IMG/VR virus record: IMGVR_UViG_3300030413_000012
Strand: one strand, 5' to 3'
DNA from: an uncultured virus (IMG/VR IMGVR_UViG_3300030413_000012)
Lineage: Duplodnaviria; Heunggongvirae; Uroviricota; Caudoviricetes
DNA: 64,000 nt
The notes below the pieces were generated by a model that saw only the letters and a program-made list of their open reading frames with translations, searched no databases and was not told where the DNA came from. The stretch's first letter is position 1, and every line of letters begins with the position of its first letter. Below are positions 1-9,646 of the stretch, in pieces. A program made the translations under genes and the position numbers.

Positions 1-116
1 GATTATAAAATAATAGGTGATTACCTGAACAAAGAAAATGAAGAAATATTAAAAAACAGAATATATGATTTTTTAATACAGATGGAGTTAACTAATCAAA
101 CAGTAACCTTTGAAGC

Positions 117-326
117 ATGCAAAGAGAAAATAAAACCAACAAGCAAATACTTGTATTTGACTCTGTAAAAGAAAATGGTCTTATAATATCTTTTCAAAAA
201 ATGGAAAATAACTCATTAAAAATAAAAATGGGAAATGAAAAAATAAACACAGCATGTTTTGTTGTTCTTGAAAAAGAGCAAGTTGAAGATGTTAGAAAAC
301 TTATAGAACTTTCTTTAAAAAAGTAG
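117..326 (+). CDS. hypothetical protein (possibly 3' part of a longer gene beginning before the window)
   Basis: 69-aa ORF with coding-like composition; no motif recognised. Confidence 0.4.
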   Translation: MQRENKTNKQILVFDSVKENGLIISFQKMENNSLKIKMGNEKINTACFVVLEKEQVEDVRKLIELSLKK

Positions 327-340
327 TTTTTATTTAATTT

Positions 341-468
341 NNNNNNNNNNNNNNNNNNNNNNNNNNNNNNNNNNNNNNNNNNNNNNNNNNNNNNNNNNNN
401 NNNNNNNNNNNNNNNNNNNNNNNNNNNNNNNNNNNNNNNNNNNNNNNNNNNNNNNNNNNNNNNNNNNN
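341..468. other. assembly gap (128 N)
   Basis: run of n characters. Confidence 1.
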
Positions 469-522
469 ATCTGAAGCTGTCTGAAAAATAAATAATTTTA
501 ATTTTTTGTTTTATTTTTTATT

Positions 523-596
523 GGGTCTGTAACTCAGGTTGGTTAGAGTCCTGCACTTTTAGCAGGAGGTCATGGGTTCAAATCCCTTCAGACCCA
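523..596 (+). tRNA. tRNA-Lys(UUU), slightly atypical anticodon arm
   Basis: acceptor GGGTCTG/CAGACCC, D-stem ACTC/GAGT, anticodon stem CCTGC/GCAGG with loop ACTTTTA, T-arm ATGGG-TTCAAAT-CCCTT. Confidence 0.75.
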
Positions 597-597
597 T

Positions 598-924
598 TTA
601 TTTATTTTCTGGTTCTTTATAACAAGTTTCACATTCCCAGTAATTAATATATTTTGGTTTTGTCCCAGTAACATATTCTTCATTTTTAATCTTTTTTACT
701 TTCATACTTCCATCCTTATTAAGAAGCATCTTATTATTTTTATCAAAAAGAACCTCATATAGATATTTACTTCTTTTTATTGAATTAAGGTCAAATTTTC
801 CAAAATATTCAAAGGTGTGACCAAGTATTTTTCTATCAGATTTTCTGATTTTTACAACTCCTTTTTTACCACATACAAGGCATTGAGCTTTTTTAGTTTC
901 AATATTTTTTTCTGCTGTTCTCAT
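598..924 (-). CDS. hypothetical zinc-binding protein
   Basis: CLVC near N-terminus and CETC near C-terminus. Confidence 0.6.
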   Translation of the reverse strand: MRTAEKNIETKKAQCLVCGKKGVVKIRKSDRKILGHTFEYFGKFDLNSIKRSKYLYEVLFDKNNKMLLNKDGSMKVKKIKNEEYVTGTKPKYINYWECETCYKEPENK

Positions 925-984
925 TGTTTTCTACCTTTTTATTCTAATACTTATTATTATATTATTTTAATCATTATTAAAAAA

Positions 985-1353
985 TTATTCTGCAAGTTTA
1001 ATAAGTCCAACTGTTTTATTTAAATAATTTTTCATTTCTTCATGCAAATAAATTATCATATTAGCATCAGTATCAATTTCTTTTATGCTTCCTGTTTTTA
1101 TAACTGGAAATAATTTAACAGTATATTCTTTTTCTCCAATTTTTGCTGTAAAATTATTTTTTATAAAATTAACAGATTCTTCTTTGTTCATTGCTGTATT
1201 TACACCAACATAACCAACAATTGTGTCATTAAAAATATTTGTCATCTCTTGTGCTGGCACTGGAGTAGCTATAAAATATTTTATATCAAAAGAAATTGTT
1301 TCACCTCTCAATAATTGTTTGTTCCATTTATCTGTATAAGTTTTAGTTATCAT
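985..1353 (-). CDS. hypothetical protein
   Basis: 122-aa ORF in co-oriented minus-strand run. Confidence 0.65.
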   Translation of the reverse strand: MITKTYTDKWNKQLLRGETISFDIKYFIATPVPAQEMTNIFNDTIVGYVGVNTAMNKEESVNFIKNNFTAKIGEKEYTVKLFPVIKTGSIKEIDTDANMIIYLHEEMKNYLNKTVGLIKLAE

Positions 1354-1403
1354 GGTTTTATAATAAAAAAGTTATTTAAAATATATAACATCAAATGATG
1401 TAT

Positions 1404-1691
1404 TTACAGTTTTTTATTTGAAACAATAATTTGTTTATTTTTTCCTTTTATATTGTAATATAAAATTGGTGTTGTTAATGCAAAACTTATTCCACCCTGT
1501 AAAATAAGTGGATAACTTATTATTAAAAATCCATAAACCACATATAAAGCAAGTCCTGTCATTATGATGAGTAAATAATAAATAGAAAAATCTCTTGCTT
1601 CTTTTATTTTCAATGTTTTATAAACCTGTGGTAAATAAGCAACAACAATAAAGAAACTTGCAATATAGCCAATAATAACAGCAAACAACAT
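1404..1691 (-). CDS. SemiSWEET / PQ-loop family small membrane transporter
   Basis: three hydrophobic helices; YLPQVYKTLKIKEARDFS PQ-loop motif. Confidence 0.85.
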   Translation of the reverse strand: MLFAVIIGYIASFFIVVAYLPQVYKTLKIKEARDFSIYYLLIIMTGLALYVVYGFLIISYPLILQGGISFALTTPILYYNIKGKNKQIIVSNKKL

Positions 1692-1729
1692 TTTATTATT
1701 TTTTTATATCAAAAGAATGGTGGTGGTGA

Positions 1730-2101
1730 TTAAGCCAGTCTCATCCCATAGGAAATTGACACTTTTTTATCAAGAACTGTTAATTTTCCCTTTAATTCAT
1801 TTCTTTTTTCTTGCCATAGTTTATTTATTTCAACTGGTAACCAAAGGGTGACCTTTGTTTCATCTTCAAGTTCAGCATAAGCAACTGCCTTTGGTCCAAA
1901 TTTTGTATTAACTTCTTTCATATAAAATATTTTTACAGGTGTTTGTTTTAATATTGTTTTTGTTTTTTTATCAAACCCACCAAAAACAAATGGTGAACCA
2001 TAAGAAGGTGTGTTTCTCCAATCATTAAAATCTATATCCCATTTTTTCTTTTCTTTTCCAATTTCTTTAGAAACTGATTCTTTCATTTTTTCTTCAGACA
2101 T
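1730..2101 (-). CDS. hypothetical protein, possible OB-fold ssDNA-binding protein
   Basis: beta-rich segment EVNTKFGPKAVAYAELEDETKVTLWLP; function is a guess. Confidence 0.5.
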   Translation of the reverse strand: MSEEKMKESVSKEIGKEKKKWDIDFNDWRNTPSYGSPFVFGGFDKKTKTILKQTPVKIFYMKEVNTKFGPKAVAYAELEDETKVTLWLPVEINKLWQEKRNELKGKLTVLDKKVSISYGMRLA

Positions 2102-2177
2102 TTATATCACTAATTAATTATTTATTTATTAATATATTTTATTTAAATTGCATTTATTTTAATTTTTTATTAAAGTA

Positions 2178-2672
2178 TTATTCTTTATAATTAAAAATAT
2201 GCTTCATTAAAAAAGTCATGTTTTCAATATTACCATGCAATTGTATTGAATTAATAGCATTTTCTGAAAAATAAAGTTGATAAACCTCTTTTTCATTTTT
2301 TCTTGTTTGAATTGCCATTGGCTTTTCTAAAAACAAATCATATAAATTTTTTACAACAGTATTAAAAAATATTTTTGAATTATCTGGTGCTGTCATTTCA
2401 ACTAAAAACCCATAATTTTCTAATTCCTTATCATAACTATATGCTACTAAACTATTAATTATTTTATCAGAAAATATTACCCAAACTGAATCCTCAACAA
2501 ATATTTTATTATTAAATGCAGCATTTTTAATATCAGAAAATTCAGTAAAAAGATTTAATGGTTTGACTTTTATAACTTCATTTTCAACTCTTTGTAATTT
2601 ATTATAATACTCTTTACTCACTATCTCAATTTTTGGAACTGGGTGTTCTTTTTTATTTTCTATTTCAACCAT
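2178..2672 (-). CDS. hypothetical protein, paralog of 2706..3212
   Basis: shared YYNKLxRVE, AYxYDKEL and RKNxxExYQLYFS-like blocks. Confidence 0.75.
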   Translation of the reverse strand: MVEIENKKEHPVPKIEIVSKEYYNKLQRVENEVIKVKPLNLFTEFSDIKNAAFNNKIFVEDSVWVIFSDKIINSLVAYSYDKELENYGFLVEMTAPDNSKIFFNTVVKNLYDLFLEKPMAIQTRKNEKEVYQLYFSENAINSIQLHGNIENMTFLMKHIFNYKE

Positions 2673-2705
2673 AAGCTCAACATTTTTTATTTAAAAATGC
2701 TTAAA

Positions 2706-3212
2706 CTATCTTTTAAGTTTTTTATAATCCTCTTCACTCACTTCTTGTAACTCACACAAATATCCCATCTTTATTATTCCATCACCAAATCTTGTTCTAA
2801 GCTGTAAAAGGTCAGCATTTATATCTGAAAAATATAACTGATAAGTTTCTTTATTTTTTCTTACAGTTTCTATTATTTGTGGATGGTCTGGCATCAACTG
2901 AAACATGTCTTTTACAATAATATTATAGAATACAGCCTTTCCATATTTATCTTCAGCACCAACTCTGAACACCTTGCCTACAAGTTCTTTATCATAAGCA
3001 TAAGCCACTGCTGCAAAGCTTTCTTTTCCATTCATAAAAAGTTTATAAAGTTCAGGCTCTTTTTGTTGTTTCAGATATTTGAAATCTTCACTCAAAAACA
3101 TTGGTTTTATGGAAAATACTTCTTTACTTTCAACCCTTTTTAATTTATTATAATAATCAGAATTTAATATTTCAACTTTCATTGTTGGTTTTTTGTCATT
3201 ATAAATTTCCAT
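2706..3212 (-). CDS. hypothetical protein, paralog of 2178..2672
   Basis: same shared blocks; tandem arrangement. Confidence 0.75.
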   Translation of the reverse strand: MEIYNDKKPTMKVEILNSDYYNKLKRVESKEVFSIKPMFLSEDFKYLKQQKEPELYKLFMNGKESFAAVAYAYDKELVGKVFRVGAEDKYGKAVFYNIIVKDMFQLMPDHPQIIETVRKNKETYQLYFSDINADLLQLRTRFGDGIIKMGYLCELQEVSEEDYKKLKR

Positions 3213-3524
3213 ATACTCAATATTATATTATAATTTATATATTTATACTTTACTATTTTATAATTATATAAAACCAGTTCATTAAGAAGGACTTAGGTTA
3301 ATCAGCTTGATGTAAATGAGAATAAATTCATTTTAACCAATTAACCCAAAGTCCAATACTTAAATAAACTATTAAATATTTAATACTTTTGTTAAAACAA
3401 TAAAAAGATAGGTTAAAATATATCACCACCAACTTACAACAGATTATTTTTTTATATTAGAAAAAAATAATTAATATTATTGGTGTATGATTATTTATAT
3501 GACACTGGTGCTAAAAATAAAAAG

Positions 3525-4064
3525 TTAAACCCATTTTAAATAAGGTTTTATAATTTCAAATTCCTTTATAATATTATTTTTATCAGAAAAATGAATAAAA
3601 TTATATATTACTCTTCCTTTTTTTGTTGCCATCAGCTTGTTGTCTTTTGATAAACTTCTTATTGTTCCTTTTTTAGCTTTAGCTGGGTCTGTGCTACCAA
3701 CTAATAATTTAGCAGAATTTATTGCAGAACCTTTTTTCATTGCAACTATAATAACTGAAAAACCAGAAGTCATATATTTTGCTTGATTGTTTATTATTGT
3801 ATTTCCCAATGATAATGGTTCTGTTGTTTTATAAATTTTGTTAATATTGATATTTCTTTCTTTATCCAAATCAATTACAGATTGACCAATTTGTTTAAGA
3901 ACTAAATCTGTTTTATAATAAAATTTTTTCATATCCTTATATGAAAATAAAACTTTCTTTTTTATAACAAAAATAAAACCTGCTTTCTTAAGTTTGGATT
4001 CTATTATTTTTTGTAAGGAACTTGTTACACCTGGCTTTATTATAAAAAGTTCAATTTCATACAT
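3525..4064 (-). CDS. ndk: nucleoside-diphosphate kinase
   Basis: IIKPG, VGSTDPAKAKKGTIR, catalytic NFIHFSD motifs. Confidence 0.9.
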   Translation of the reverse strand: MYEIELFIIKPGVTSSLQKIIESKLKKAGFIFVIKKKVLFSYKDMKKFYYKTDLVLKQIGQSVIDLDKERNININKIYKTTEPLSLGNTIINNQAKYMTSGFSVIIVAMKKGSAINSAKLLVGSTDPAKAKKGTIRSLSKDNKLMATKKGRVIYNFIHFSDKNNIIKEFEIIKPYLKWV

Positions 4065-4217
4065 TGTTTCAATTTAGTTTTAATATAATGATTTAAAATT
4101 TATGTGTAAAATATGACTTAGAAGCTGTGTATTTGCTGCCCAATCTAAACCCTAACCTATAAATATTATAATTAATATATAATATTGCAATAAGTTCAAA
4201 TCCCAATGAAGTTATAT

Positions 4218-4288
4218 GCTTGGGTGGTGCATGGAAGCATTGAAGGGTTGTGACTCTTCAGAAGTGGAATCCTTTTCCACCCCAAGCT
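4218..4288 (+). tRNA. tRNA-His(GUG)-like, degenerate T-loop
   Basis: acceptor GCTTGGG/CCCAAGC, D-stem GTGC/GCAT, TTGTGA anticodon loop, T-stem GTGGA/TCCAC but loop ATCCTTT. Confidence 0.6.
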
Positions 4289-4291
4289 TAA

Positions 4292-4376
4292 GGTGGTTTA
4301 TCAAAGTAGACAAATGAAGTTGATTCAAAATCAACTGGATTTAGTTCCTTCAGAGGTGCAAATCCTCTAACCACCA
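4292..4376 (+). tRNA. tRNA-Leu(CAA)
   Basis: acceptor GGTGGTT/AACCACC-A, anticodon arm GTTGA-TTCAAAA-TCAAC, long variable arm, T-arm AGAGG-TGCAAAT-CCTCT. Confidence 0.85.
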
Positions 4377-4440
4377 AAAAATTTCTTAAATGAATAACAT
4401 AAATATATTTAAATATTTATATAACTACATTATTATTTAT

Positions 4441-5100
4441 ATGGATAATAATATTACAGAACCAGATGTGCTGTTTTCTGTTTTTAAAAGAAAAGAATTC
4501 TGCATCAGAGATATTTTTTATAAGTTAAAACTTCCACCAGACCTTGTTCTTTTTATAAATAAAAACCCTAACAATAGACATTATGGAAATTTTATAAACC
4601 AATTTATAAAAAATAAAGGAAGAACTGGATTTGCATATGGTAATTTATTAAATCAACCAAATATACTTAATTTTATTTATGATATAAAAAACAATGATTA
4701 TATAAATATTTATATAATAAGTTACAAAAATACAAATGGTGCTTATCTTTTTAAAAATAATGAATATTTGACAGATGCCATCTTAAATGGAATAATATTA
4801 TCACATACCAAAGAATTTATCAGAAATGGTCAAAAGATTAGCCAGGAATATAGTATTACTTTAAATGATATTAAACAATCAAAGAGATTTATTATCCAGT
4901 TCATCAAGGAAAGCAGTTTTCTAGATATTGATTTTGTTAAAAAACAGAAGGATTCTTATTATAATGAAACAAAAACTGAAATAATTAGACCAATCCTGTT
5001 AAAAAATCATCTTTATAAAAAAATTGAAGAACTTGGACAAGAAAAAAGATTGGAAATAATAAATGAACTTTATAGTGAAATAATTAAACTGATTAACTGA
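4441..5100 (+). CDS. hypothetical protein
   Basis: long ORF (track 4390..5100); ATG 4441 preferred because the upstream part is TATA-like. Confidence 0.7.
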   Translation: MDNNITEPDVLFSVFKRKEFCIRDIFYKLKLPPDLVLFINKNPNNRHYGNFINQFIKNKGRTGFAYGNLLNQPNILNFIYDIKNNDYINIYIISYKNTNGAYLFKNNEYLTDAILNGIILSHTKEFIRNGQKISQEYSITLNDIKQSKRFIIQFIKESSFLDIDFVKKQKDSYYNETKTEIIRPILLKNHLYKKIEELGQEKRLEIINELYSEIIKLIN

Positions 5101-5826
5101 TTTTGTCTATTTTTATACAAAAAGTTACCCTTATATTTTTATAAAAAAGCTGTTTTTAGTATTTTTGTAATGGTAATTTCAATAATAAATGACATTATTT
5201 AATGAAGATTATTGCCATTTTTCTAAAATGGCTATAATTAAGCAAAATAAGCCCTAGAATCAATTTAGTTTATTACCCACTATTCTTATTGGGGTATTCA
5301 AATAAAATGCAGCACAGGTCAAAATTAAGCAATTATGGGGATTCTAGTGGAAGCTTATAATCTCACAAGAACCATAAAATAATATAAAACAGTTAAACCA
5401 ACCCTAATTAGATAAAAATAATCAGTCAATATTTGGTTAATTTAATTTAGTCAGGATAATTATAAGCAAATAATGGTCAAGTATAAGTTGGTCAAATATA
5501 TAAGATGGTCAAATATAAACTATCAGTTATAAAATAGATTTGATTAGATATTATATATACATAATTATATAAGACCAAGTTATAGCCCATCTTAAATTAG
5601 ATATTACTAACCCTCTAGAATCCACACAGTGAGCAGGAATGGCACCTAGAAACTCTTATCTTTTTTATGGTAACAAATATTATGCAAATAGATTAAATGA
5701 CAGCCTGGATGAAATTAAGGGCATTTATAGCAATGAAAGAAACCCTGGAAAATAAATAGTGAAAAAACTGGACTGAAAAATACTCTAATTAGGGGATTAA
5801 AATATTTTATTTGTATAATAATAAAG

Positions 5827-5885
5827 ATAATGCCATAAAATAGATAAAAATATGTTATATAATGCTATAAAATAGGTAAAAATAT
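5827..5885 (+). repeat. 27-bp imperfect direct repeat x2
   Basis: ATAATGCCATAAAATAGATAAAAATAT / ATAATGCTATAAAATAGGTAAAAATAT. Confidence 0.8.
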
Positions 5886-5916
5886 TACCTGAAGAGGAAG
5901 GGTGGCTCTTTGCACA

Positions 5917-5945
5917 AGCTTTCTCACTTAAAAGGGAGAAAGCTT
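5917..5945. repeat. perfect 10-bp hairpin
   Basis: AAGCTTTCTC ... GAGAAAGCTT. Confidence 0.8.
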
Positions 5946-6064
5946 GATATTATAAACTAAATCTGTTAAAGTTATATTTTTCTATAACTTTGATTAATTA
6001 ACTTAATTTTTTATTTACCAGTCTATTTCTCTTTCTATTCAAATTCCATTTTTATGAAAAGTCA

Positions 6065-6393
6065 TTACCAGAGTAATTCTCTCTCTAATCATATTCCATT
6101 TTTATGAAAGATTTTAATAAAAAGTGAAAAACCATCTGATTCAGAATTAAGATTTGGCTATTTGGAACACACATATACAAGTATATAATATATATAGTAT
6201 AGATGGATTGAGTTCCCAAATCAATGGTCCCTGCACATATAGTGCAGGGACCATCCATTTAAGGTCTCAATCTATATTAACTATATATATATCCTTCTTG
6301 TATATGTCCCAAAAAAGTAGCTAAAATCTTCCATAAAAATGGAAAATCTTCCATAAAAATGGAAAAGGTTTAGAGATAAAAATACTCTGGTAA
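6065..6393. repeat. long nested imperfect inverted repeat centred at 6239
   Basis: core ATGGTCCCTGCAC-atata-GTGCAGGGACCAT; outer pairs GATTGAG/CTCAATC, ACATATACAAG/CTTGTATATGT, ~50-bp arms TTACCAGAGTA... / ...TACTCTGGTAA. Confidence 0.9.
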
Positions 6394-6689
6394 AAAAATG
6401 TATAAAAAGCTTTTTATATATTGATTAATCAGGTAATGTAGCAGCCCTTCCTCTATTTCAATCCAGTTCACACCCAGACACCCTGTCTTTCAGGAGGAAG
6501 CAGCCCTTATTAGCTCACCATTACTTTATTTAACAGTTTACTATATTATGAGTCATTATTTAATTAATCAAATAATTTGAGTCATAAATAATAGGAGTCA
6601 TATTATAATCTGTCACCCTAAATTGATGACCTATATTTATGTTGATATAATAGGTTGGCAATATAATGTGTGATAATATATGTGCTATA

Positions 6690-6744
6690 ATATTATTATG
6701 ACTCATATTATTATGACTCATATTATTATGACTCATATTATTAT
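6690..6744 (+). repeat. perfect 15-bp tandem repeat x3.7
   Basis: ATATTATTATGACTC units. Confidence 0.95.
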
Positions 6745-7500
6745 CAAATCAAATTTACTGGCATATAATGCTTTAGTTTGGAGTTCTATTTAATATATTC
6801 AGGTAAACCTATTTTTATTAAAAATATAATAATAAAAGAGAGCAAACTAATGGATTGTTTTGAAAAATCCTTCATATCTGAAAAAACAGCCTTCTCTTCT
6901 ACAATATTCAAATTTGAATATTTACTTTACTACAAGCTCTCTCTATTCTACATGTAAAAAATGCCATTTTTTCAATGTGGGTAAAAATTCACCTATTGTT
7001 TTAGCCAAATACCTACCCTTTTTTGCTAATTTTTCAAATTAATTGATTTTCTCTCTATAAAATAAGGTTTCTGAAATTAATACAATTTTCACAGAAATTA
7101 GATTAAAATTAATCTGGTTTATCAATGTAATACTGCAACAGTTTCTCTTAAATAATTATCTGGCATTAATTCTTTAATTGGCTGGCTTTCTAACTTTGTT
7201 AGATTTATAAAGAAATAAAGCTTTTTATAATAATTACCTGCCTATTACAAAAGCTGGTCAATAAAATATATAACCTGTTTTTTATATGCTTTTATATTAT
7301 TTTATAGTTTGTTCTCAAAACTTTACTATCAGTTTAATCCTGTATCTTTCAATTTTTTAATGATTTCTTTTTTATTATAAATACTATTTTCTAAAAGTTC
7401 TGGCATATGGTTAATTCTTCTCTTTCATAATCACATTTTTTGTTTAGGTATTTGAACAACTATTTTTAAGGTGTTGTTTAATTAAATAATTAATGATTAA

Positions 7501-7947
7501 ATGAGTAAAAAAATTAAATTAGAAAAAGAAACAGATGAATATGCTGATATACAAAGAAATCCTTTTAGAGAAGCTGCTGCAAATATACTTGACCTTCTTG
7601 AAGATTACCTTGCTGCTATTGGAATAAAGCCATCAAAAAAAGCTCTTGAAGATACTGAAATAGCTGCTATAATTTATGGTGAAAAATATTATTCTTATGA
7701 AGATGATTTTACTGATTCTTTATATAGCCTAATATATTCAAAAATAAAAGATGCTAAAACAATTGAGCAATATATGTTTTCACATGAAATGGCACCACTT
7801 ATACTTTATTATGCAAGAATAAATAAAGTAACAATATCTCTTGAAGATGCCCATGAAAAACTGCAAAAAGACACTCTAAACATAATAAAATCCTTGCTTT
7901 TTTTAAATAAAAATGGGGCATCTAATATGAAAGCAAAAAAACATTAA
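7501..7947 (+). CDS. hypothetical protein
   Basis: 148-aa ORF, coding-like. Confidence 0.7.
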   Translation: MSKKIKLEKETDEYADIQRNPFREAAANILDLLEDYLAAIGIKPSKKALEDTEIAAIIYGEKYYSYEDDFTDSLYSLIYSKIKDAKTIEQYMFSHEMAPLILYYARINKVTISLEDAHEKLQKDTLNIIKSLLFLNKNGASNMKAKKH

Positions 7948-8342
7948 AACAAAAAATAAATAATAAAATAAAAAGAAGGATTTGATTCATTATAAATAGA
8001 CCTTTCTGTTATATTTTGAATATAACATAATTGAGTTTAATTATATTGGGTCTAAACTGTTTGTTAATTTGAATAAAAAAGTTTAAATATATTAAAGTAA
8101 TATGTATTATTGGTAAATGATATGAAAACAGATAAACCTAAAAAGAAACATTCTGCATCAAAAAATTATATGTTGTATGACTTGCCACTATTTGGTGTTG
8201 TTGTTTTAACTAATGATTATATTAAAACAAAAATAAAAGCAAAATTAAAAAAAGTAAACAATAAAAACACAAAAAGTAAACAATAAAATAAAAAAAGACT
8301 TGATTTATTATAGATAAATTATAATAATTAAAAGATACACTG

Positions 8343-8728
8343 GTGTTGATTATTAAACATACTTTACAAGAAATACAGTAATATAAACAAGAATATGGTG
8401 CTTATAAAAGAACAATGGCTTTGTTAAAAATTAGTCAATTAAAAAAGCTTGGATTCACTATTACACAAAAAGGTATTGTTAAAAAAGATGGAGAGCCAAT
8501 TTTAGTTAATAACTGGCATGATGGTGGAATAAAAACAAAAGAACCAATAAATATATTTAATGATTATAGAACAAAAATAATATATGTAAATAACCAGCTT
8601 GTTTTTTATAAAAATTTTGTATTTTTGTTTCAGATTATTTGTTTGAAAAAAGAGAAGATGCTTTTGAAATTTATGATATAGTTAATAAAAAATTTGCCTC
8701 AGACCCAGACTTGTTTTTAACATTATAG
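8343..8728 (+). pseudogene. disrupted hypothetical gene
   Basis: GTG start in frame with ORF 8415, TAA at 8379-8381; protein-like tail (DYLFEKREDAFEIYD...) continues in another frame. Confidence 0.5.
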
Positions 8729-8830
8729 ATTAATTTTATTATGCCATTTTTTAAATATTATTTAAAAATCATTAAAAATGAATATAAAATTAAAACCTAT
8801 TAAAATTATAATTATTCTTGAAATATATGT

Positions 8831-9070
8831 TTAAAACCCATTTTTCAATATTCTGTAAAACCACACATATCCATGCTTTGTTGTTTTTAACAACACTCCT
8901 TTTTTTATATGTCTTAGGTAGTCAGGTCTTAATAAAAAGTTTTTATCCCCATTTATTTTTATTTTATAAAGTCTTTTATTATATTTTTCTTCAGGATGGT
9001 TCTGAAAATATTGTTCAATGTTTTTATAATATAATTTTTTCTCTTCAATTGTAATGTGCATAATAAACAA
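8831..9070 (-). CDS. hypothetical protein
   Basis: short ORF in minus-strand run. Confidence 0.55.
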   Translation of the reverse strand: MFIMHITIEEKKLYYKNIEQYFQNHPEEKYNKRLYKIKINGDKNFLLRPDYLRHIKKGVLLKTTKHGYVWFYRILKNGF

Positions 9071-9101
9071 TATTATATTTAAAAATTAGCCTAAAAAAGA
9101 A

Positions 9102-9323
9102 TCAAATTCTTTTTTTAATTTTATCCAACATTTTTTTATTGGTTGTAAAAATTGTTGAATTATTTGTTTTAAAAAATGTTTTTACAAGAATATCTTTTTT
9201 ATCTGTTTTAAATTCTCTTGATGTTTTTTCTTTGGCTTCTGTTTTGTTAGAAAAATTATTTACACCTTTTAATACCCAACTTTTTGTATTATGATTATAT
9301 TTATAAACAGCAAACATTGTCAT
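9102..9323 (-). CDS. hypothetical protein
   Basis: short ORF in minus-strand run. Confidence 0.55.
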   Translation of the reverse strand: MTMFAVYKYNHNTKSWVLKGVNNFSNKTEAKEKTSREFKTDKKDILVKTFFKTNNSTIFTTNKKMLDKIKKRI

Positions 9324-9362
9324 ATTATAATAAAAAAAAATAAAACTTAAAATATAATATTA

Positions 9363-9635
9363 TTATATTTTGGTAATACCAGCAGCATTCAGTGTTTTTA
9401 AATCAAGATAACCTTTTTTATATTCACTCACACTTCCAATTCTGGCTGCTCTTTCTTCATCAGCATCATAAAACCAGCCATATTCAGTTTCCTTTGTGTC
9501 ATTTCCAAAAAAATCCTTTAAATAAAATTTAGCCCTTTTTTCAGCATCTTCAATAGTTTTTGCTATGGTATAGTGTGTATAAGCATATTCATGTTCTCCA
9601 TCTTTTACATCAATTTGTATTATATAGTAGTTCAT
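9363..9635 (-). CDS. hypothetical virus-like protein
   Basis: 90-aa ORF, good coding composition. Confidence 0.65.
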   Translation of the reverse strand: MNYYIIQIDVKDGEHEYAYTHYTIAKTIEDAEKRAKFYLKDFFGNDTKETEYGWFYDADEERAARIGSVSEYKKGYLDLKTLNAAGITKI

Positions 9636-9646
9636 TTTATTACCTT

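Larger units (their letters stand above)
5101..7500. other. large non-coding region with nested inverted and direct repeats; candidate replication origin/control region
   Basis: 2.4 kb with no credible ORF in an otherwise dense genome; multiple repeat families. Confidence 0.55.

Noticed and set aside
523..596. Ochre suppressor (UUA) reading of the first tRNA
   Set aside because: The stem register CCTGC/GCAGG centres TTT, not TTA
3303..3340. Hammerhead ribozyme
   Set aside because: The CUGAUGA and GAAA core nucleotides are not conserved
4185..4206. GTTCAAATCCC T-loop-like string upstream of tRNA-His
   Set aside because: No pairing stems or acceptor found
6548..6744. Eukaryotic AP-1/GCN4 sites (TGACTCA)
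   Set aside because: Context is archaeal; match is probably coincidental
6860..7042. 60-aa ORF in the non-coding region
   Set aside because: TTG start and non-coding-like composition
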